Positions 36,138-41,196 of a stretch of 41,196 nt of DNA are shown here, piece by piece (position 1 is the first letter of the stretch; each line of letters starts with the position of its first letter). The notes beneath the pieces are model-generated. The model did not search any database. It had not been told where the DNA came from and saw only the letters and a list, made by a program, of their open reading frames with translations. The stretch comes from an uncultured Fibrobacterota bacterium (GTDB taxonomy: Bacteria > Fibrobacterota > Chitinivibrionia > Chitinivibrionales > FEN-1185). A program made the translations under genes and the position numbers. The stretch spans positions 1 through 41,196 of the forward strand of contig CAVWBU010000030.1 in assembly GCA_963753345.1 (NCBI GenBank). The letters are read 5' to 3'.

Positions 36138-36905
36138 TCATAAAGTCCATTCCCTGATCTTTCTCCCCATCAAAGCCTCAACTCTTGCCGAATTCAAATG
36201 CACATTGCCGATCCTCGGCGGGCCGTCAACATCATCGTGTCTCGACCATTTCTTGAGCGCCTCTTTTTTGTAGTTTCCCTTTTCGAGGATGCGTCTGCCG
36301 ATTTCGTAAAGGCTTATTGCGTGCGGTCCGCCTAGGTGGAACAGTCCCTGAGCCTCCTTGTGAAGCAGTTCAAGCACGACATCGGCAAGCTCGTCGCAAT
36401 CGATGCAGCTTCGCCACTCATCGTGGAACAGCGACATGGGCAGTCCGCGTTTGAGCCTGCCTTTTATGAAATCAACCGCACCCTTTTCGCCCCGGATCGA
36501 TTCGCCCATAGGAAGCCCCACCCGCACGAGGCACCAGCGCGGCGCCCTGCGGATTTCCTTTTCGGCAAGCACGTACGTCCGGCCGACAACGCTCACGGGG
36601 TCCGGGTCATGTGCGTATCGCGGCCGATCTTCGCATATATCAAGATCGCATACGCCCGCGGCGTGCAACACGTGTGTGGGCCGGAACGAATCGTTGATCG
36701 CCGAAAGAGCGTCGGCGTCGGTCATGCACACCGAGGTGACGTTGTCGTCGTCGGGAACAGTCATCTGCGGCGGACGGATGCCGAAAAGGCGGCCGGGAGG
36801 CAGGATGGCTTTCAACTTTTTGTAAATGGGCCAGCCGTGGATGGAAGTGACGCCAGTGATGAGGATGCGGGAGCGCGAGTTCAATAATAGAAAATCCAAA
36901 TCCAT
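36138..36905 (-). CDS. RfbD/RmlD-like NAD(P)-dependent reductase with apparent in-frame internal deletion
   Basis: ILITG, HAAGVCDLD.CE, P.SVVGRT, LFHDEWRS, G.FHLGG...S.YE. The N..G/S(S/T)D.VF segment is missing. Confidence 0.7.
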   Translation of the reverse strand: MDLDFLLLNSRSRILITGVTSIHGWPIYKKLKAILPPGRLFGIRPPQMTVPDDDNVTSVCMTDADALSAINDSFRPTHVLHAAGVCDLDICEDRPRYAHDPDPVSVVGRTYVLAEKEIRRAPRWCLVRVGLPMGESIRGEKGAVDFIKGRLKRGLPMSLFHDEWRSCIDCDELADVVLELLHKEAQGLFHLGGPHAISLYEIGRRILEKGNYKKEALKKWSRHDDVDGPPRIGNVHLNSARVEALMGRKIREWTL

Positions 36906-36970
36906 TGTGCCGTTTCGGTTTCAGGCCTATTCATAAAGCGGTTTCGCAGCCGTGAGTCTTCTTGCCCCAC

Positions 36971-39529
36971 TCACCATGCCTCCTTCTTGCCCTCCGCATA
37001 TTCCTGCTCTATTGCCGGATCTTCCTGCGCCAGGTTGCGCGCGCGGTTGACATGGAGCATATACGCGCTGCGATTACGACGCAGCTTTGCCACCCGCGCC
37101 AATCCCAGCTCCGCATGCGCGTGCCGCGGATTTACCTTGAGGGTACGCTGGTAGAACAGCTCCGCCCAGTATGGCTGGCCGTTTTCGAGGTGGGTTTCGG
37201 CCCGTTCGAACAGAGCCTCCTGGTAGGAGGGGGCGATTGCGCCTATTTCCTTGTACACGTCGATTGCGGGCAGATATTTCTGCTGCGCCCGTAAAACCCT
37301 GCATAGAAGCATGAGTCCCGGTACATAGTCGGGCCGGGTCGCGCGCAGATCCTCAAGCGCATTCTGGGCCTCCGCGAATTTCTTGTTCTCGAAAAGCAAG
37401 CTGGCATACTCGGTAAGGGTGACGGTGTCGCGCCTCAGATCGAGCATCTTCTTATATTCGCTCAAAAGAGTGTCGGTGCGGCCGGTCCTGCGAAGCAGCT
37501 CGACGAGCCGCTCGCGTACCGCAATGTCCTTGGGTGCGCCGGCCTCAGCGCGCTGGAGCACCGCAATCGCGGAGTCGGGTTTTCCCGTTGCGGCGTACCC
37601 CTGCGCAAGCGCCTTGAGCACGGCAGGATCGGCCGAGGCTGCCTTGCCGGCCGCCTCAAGCTTTTCGATTGCCTCGCCGGTATTCCCCTTTCGCAACATG
37701 AGCTCACCGATGCGCGCAGTGGCCTGCGCATCCTGCGGATTCGAGGAGATACACACCTGCAGGGCGGCGAGTTCGTCGTCGGGCCTTGCGAGCTTTCCGT
37801 ATACCGCGGCAAGCGCCTTCCAGACCTCGGGCACCGTATCGGCGAGCGCGGCGGCTTTCTTCAACAGCTCCAGTGCGCGGCCTTGCGTTCCGCCGTCCGC
37901 CGAAAGCAGGGTCCCGCTGCGCAGGTAACTGCGAAAGTCTCCGGGATACTTCTTTATGCACTGGTCGTACAGCGCCAGCGCGGCTTTTGTCGAAGTCTTC
38001 TCTTTAAGCAAGGCACGGAAATAGGCAACCGCGGCTGCCTGGCGCCGGGGCGATTGCGCGTATCGTTCCACCCAGTAACGCATTTTTGCATAATCGTTGG
38101 TCCATGAAAGCGAATTCAGCAGCATTTCCACCAGCGCAGTCCACTGAGGCGAACGTGGAGCATTCGCGGCAGCGCGGGCGAGCAGGGGTGCGGCTTTCGC
38201 ATACCCCTTGAGCCGGTACTCAGATTCTCCAAGCATCCACAGGTACTCCGGCTTTTCCTTTGTTTTTCCCGTAACCCTGAGAAGACAGGTCCTTGCGTCT
38301 TTGAAATCTCCGCGCAGAAACTTGAGACGGCCGTCAAGAAACGCAGTTGCCGGGTTCTTGCCGCCTTTGCTGAAAAACAAATCATACGATGCAATTGCCT
38401 TTGCAGTGTCTTTTTGCCTGAGGTACACGTCGCCTGCCATCCGGTAAAGCCCTACCGAATCCGGCAAAAGCCTGATGGCGTTTTCGTAGGCTGCGGCGGC
38501 GCCGCTCAAATCTCCGGACTTGAACTTGACCGCCCCAAGCCCGGTAAAAACCGACGGGGTGGTATTGGCCATGGCAAGCGCCTTGTTGTACATCTGCTGA
38601 GCTTCAGCGTTGCGGTTCGCGGCCGCCAATAGACCGGCCAGAGCCTGGCAGTCCTGGCCGTCTGCCTGGCCTGATTTGTCGAGCCGCAGAAGAGCGGTCA
38701 TTGCCTCTTTGCCGCCTTCCAGTTCGAGGGCGAGCCCGGCATACCTTTTGTAAAGATCGACCGTGGTCGAATCAACGGCGAGCGCGGACCGGTAAAGCGA
38801 AAGCGCGCCTTTGCGATTTCCGTTGTCGAAGAATATATCCCCCAACTGACGCTGGGCGCCCGCATTGCTGCGGGCCACGACATACAGCAGTCCGCCCGAA
38901 TCAATGGCTATGGTTGCGAGAGGCTTTACTGATGCGCTGTCGAACAACGCGTACGAGCCCGGCAGCATTCGGGCGGTGAGCGTGTGCTTGCTCACGTCCT
39001 CTTTTTTGCGTCGGTCACCCACGACAAGCGCGGCCGGGTCTCCAAAAGCGGAAGGCGGGGAAACGATCATGACCGCGGCCCAGTCGGAGGAGTCCGGCAC
39101 CGCATCGATTGATGGATGGCTTTTGATGATCTTCTTAAGCGCGCCCTGGTCCGCAGCGTGACTGCGCAGTGCGGCAAGCAACAGCTGTCCCGCCTCGTCA
39201 TTGCTTTTTACCAGGTACAGCGTCTTTCCGGCCGCAACCGGTATCGTGGCCTCGGATTTGCCGGCGTTCACGGAGTATACATCGTAATCTCCCGCCTTGA
39301 CATCTGCCGCAAACACGGCAGGGCCGGTTGCGTATTTTCTGTCTTTTCCGTCAATCGACAGCACCGCCTGCGCTCCGCCGAACACCGATGGCGGCCGCAC
39401 AATCACGATGCTGCCGTACAAATCGCCGGTTTTCTCCGGAGTGTCTTTTGTTGCGGGAGAGGCGTGCAATGATGCAACCAGGAAAAATGGCGCAACAGAC
39501 GATGGAATTATGCGGAGCGGAAGCCGCAT
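36971..39529 (-). CDS. Exported TPR-repeat protein with two N-terminal DUF2846-like beta domains
   Basis: Signal peptide; duplicated unit (IVRPPSVFGG..GDY..GKTLYLV / IVSPPSAFGD..GSY..GGLLYVV); ~600 aa of TPR-like helices. Confidence 0.8.
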   Translation of the reverse strand: MRLPLRIIPSSVAPFFLVASLHASPATKDTPEKTGDLYGSIVIVRPPSVFGGAQAVLSIDGKDRKYATGPAVFAADVKAGDYDVYSVNAGKSEATIPVAAGKTLYLVKSNDEAGQLLLAALRSHAADQGALKKIIKSHPSIDAVPDSSDWAAVMIVSPPSAFGDPAALVVGDRRKKEDVSKHTLTARMLPGSYALFDSASVKPLATIAIDSGGLLYVVARSNAGAQRQLGDIFFDNGNRKGALSLYRSALAVDSTTVDLYKRYAGLALELEGGKEAMTALLRLDKSGQADGQDCQALAGLLAAANRNAEAQQMYNKALAMANTTPSVFTGLGAVKFKSGDLSGAAAAYENAIRLLPDSVGLYRMAGDVYLRQKDTAKAIASYDLFFSKGGKNPATAFLDGRLKFLRGDFKDARTCLLRVTGKTKEKPEYLWMLGESEYRLKGYAKAAPLLARAAANAPRSPQWTALVEMLLNSLSWTNDYAKMRYWVERYAQSPRRQAAAVAYFRALLKEKTSTKAALALYDQCIKKYPGDFRSYLRSGTLLSADGGTQGRALELLKKAAALADTVPEVWKALAAVYGKLARPDDELAALQVCISSNPQDAQATARIGELMLRKGNTGEAIEKLEAAGKAASADPAVLKALAQGYAATGKPDSAIAVLQRAEAGAPKDIAVRERLVELLRRTGRTDTLLSEYKKMLDLRRDTVTLTEYASLLFENKKFAEAQNALEDLRATRPDYVPGLMLLCRVLRAQQKYLPAIDVYKEIGAIAPSYQEALFERAETHLENGQPYWAELFYQRTLKVNPRHAHAELGLARVAKLRRNRSAYMLHVNRARNLAQEDPAIEQEYAEGKKEAW

Positions 39530-39753
39530 GGCAAGACGTCCCCGTGAAGTGGTGTTTTCAGTAAGATACGCTGCGGAGGATGCATCCGCCAGAATTTTTC
39601 GAAGGTTCCTCGATAACCGCGAAATTGTGGCAATCCTCGCCGTACGCTTCCTACGGCAGTGATATTCGCGCGGTTGTCTATAGTCCTAACTCAAAGCCGG
39701 AAGTGCCATTATTTCCAGAATTGACAAAACGCGAGCAAATGGAGATGTGTTGG

Positions 39754-39780
39754 AAAAGGGCGTCCAAGAGGGACGCCCTT
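39754..39780 (-). terminator. Rho-independent terminator after the DEAD-box helicase
   Basis: Minus strand AAGGGCGTCC-CTCTT-GGACGCCC-TTTT immediately after the stop codon. Confidence 0.8.
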
Positions 39781-39785
39781 ATTTT

Positions 39786-41009
39786 TCAGGCAAAACGAGG
39801 TGTGCGGTAATATTGCCGCTTTCTCAGGAGCACCGGTGCGCTCTGCGCGACCGGTTCCGGTTCAACGCGGCCCGGACAGGTAAAACCGGGATACCGCTTG
39901 ACCTCGAGGCGTTTGCCGGTCAGGTGTTCTATTTTTCGAAGATAGCTCTGTTCCTCGCCAGAGACAAACGTCACCGCGGTTCCCTTTGCCTCGGCGCGGC
40001 CGGTTCTGCCGATGCGGTGGATGTAGTCTTCGGGAAACGCGGGCGTGTCATAATTGACCACATGCGAAATCCCGTCCACGTCGATGCCGCGGGCCGCGAG
40101 ATCGGTGGCCACCAGCACCTTGAATTCCCTGCGCTTGAACCCGTCGAGCGCGCGCTTGCGCTGGCTCTGCGACCGGTTCGAATGGATGGCCATGGATCTG
40201 ATGCCGTTCCGCTCCAGTCGCCGCGAAATCTTGTCTGCCCCGTGCTTCGTGCGCGAAAACACGAGCATGGGCCCGATGTTCTCGTTTGCAAGGATATGCA
40301 TAAGAAGATCCATTTTTGTCGGCTGTGGCACCGAATAGAAAAGCTGTTCCACGGTATCAACGGGCGTGCAAGGGTCTCCGACCTCGACGTAGTGCGGATT
40401 GACAAGGATCTCCGAAACGAGCCGCCGGATATCGTGGGACATTGTCGCGGAAAAGAGCAGTGTCTGCCGCTGGCGCGGGACCTTGGCGATAATGGTCCGC
40501 ACCGCCTGGATAAACCCCATGTCGTACATTCTGTCCGCTTCGTCAAGAACGAGGATTTCGATATGGGTGAGGTCGATGGTCCGGCGTTCGCAATGGTCAA
40601 GCAACCGGCCGGGCGTCGCGACCACGATGTCCGCGCCTTGGCGCAGGCCCCTAAACTGGCGTTCGATGTCGACGCCGCCGTAGATGGAGACCGGAAAAAG
40701 ATTCGAGAACCTGCCATAGGTGCGGATTGAATCCTCAATCTGCTGGCAGAGTTCGCGTGTGGGCGTCAAAATAAGCGCCCTTGGAAAATGGCCCGTGCGT
40801 CCTGAACGGTGTGGCTGGACAAGCCGCTGGAGAATGGGAAGCACGAATGCCGCTGTCTTGCCTGTGCCTGTGGGCGCACATCCGATGATGTCCCTTCCGT
40901 CAAGCGCGAGGGGGATCGCTTTCTTCTGGATTTCGGTGGGCGAAGAGTACCCGGCCGCAGAGACGCTCCGCAGCATTGTATCGGATAGACCGATAGCTGA
41001 AAAACTCAT
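39786..41009 (-). CDS. DEAD-box RNA helicase (RhlE-like)
   Basis: Q motif, APTGTGKT, PTREL, TPGRL, DEAD, SAT, ARGID, HRIGRTGR. Confidence 0.97.
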   Translation of the reverse strand: MSFSAIGLSDTMLRSVSAAGYSSPTEIQKKAIPLALDGRDIIGCAPTGTGKTAAFVLPILQRLVQPHRSGRTGHFPRALILTPTRELCQQIEDSIRTYGRFSNLFPVSIYGGVDIERQFRGLRQGADIVVATPGRLLDHCERRTIDLTHIEILVLDEADRMYDMGFIQAVRTIIAKVPRQRQTLLFSATMSHDIRRLVSEILVNPHYVEVGDPCTPVDTVEQLFYSVPQPTKMDLLMHILANENIGPMLVFSRTKHGADKISRRLERNGIRSMAIHSNRSQSQRKRALDGFKRREFKVLVATDLAARGIDVDGISHVVNYDTPAFPEDYIHRIGRTGRAEAKGTAVTFVSGEEQSYLRKIEHLTGKRLEVKRYPGFTCPGRVEPEPVAQSAPVLLRKRQYYRTPRFA

Positions 41010-41196
41010 AACCTTCCTTTGTGGGGAATATGATGTGGTGACACGCTATTTCTGATGGAGACGAGCAGGAGGTAGAGAAGAGAGGAGCAGTATCTCGAAA
41101 AAACCTTCGCCGGAAATCATCGGAGTGCGGGTCTGGTTTACCGTTCCCCTCTGTTAAGAAAAGGGGAACGGGTTCTGCATTCGCAGACGTTTAATA

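Noticed and set aside
41141-41171. Hairpin CCGTTCCCCT/AGGGGAACGG upstream of the helicase as a riboswitch or terminator
   Set aside because: No U-tract and no recognisable aptamer motif; context is cut by the window edge.

Overview
GC-rich bacterial chromosomal window. The lineage is probably FCB-superphylum (Fibrobacterota/Chitinivibrionia-like); this is inferred from gene content, T9SS/FlgD-type C-terminal domains and D-[ST]-hydrophobic-rich exported proteins. The left part is a minus-strand housekeeping run: NCS2 permease, purine nucleoside phosphorylase, ileS, lipid A acyltransferase, lptC, lptA-like, lptB, rpoN, lipA, hpf, mlaD-like, and a frameshifted ptsH at the edge. Next come a radical SAM/SPASM enzyme paired with an exported protein carrying three 6-aa-spaced XYG motifs (candidate protein-splicease system), comM/yifB, a stand-alone SWIB protein, a GH5 hydrolase and an archaeal-type thymidylate synthase. 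The right part holds an orphan tssE-tssF-tssG T6SS baseplate triad, a large Ig/PKD-repeat SGNH lipoprotein, two GNATs, AI-2E and NhaD transporters, a Phd/RelE toxin-antitoxin pair, an internally deleted RfbD-like gene, a TPR protein and a DEAD-box helicase. The most striking non-coding signal is a ~420-480 bp bipartite, covarying structured element present four times in intergenic gaps, in both orientations. A MITE with TIRs and a TSD and several REP-like hairpins are also present. No rRNA, tRNA or CRISPR array was seen. Several frameshift-like anomalies suggest local sequence errors.
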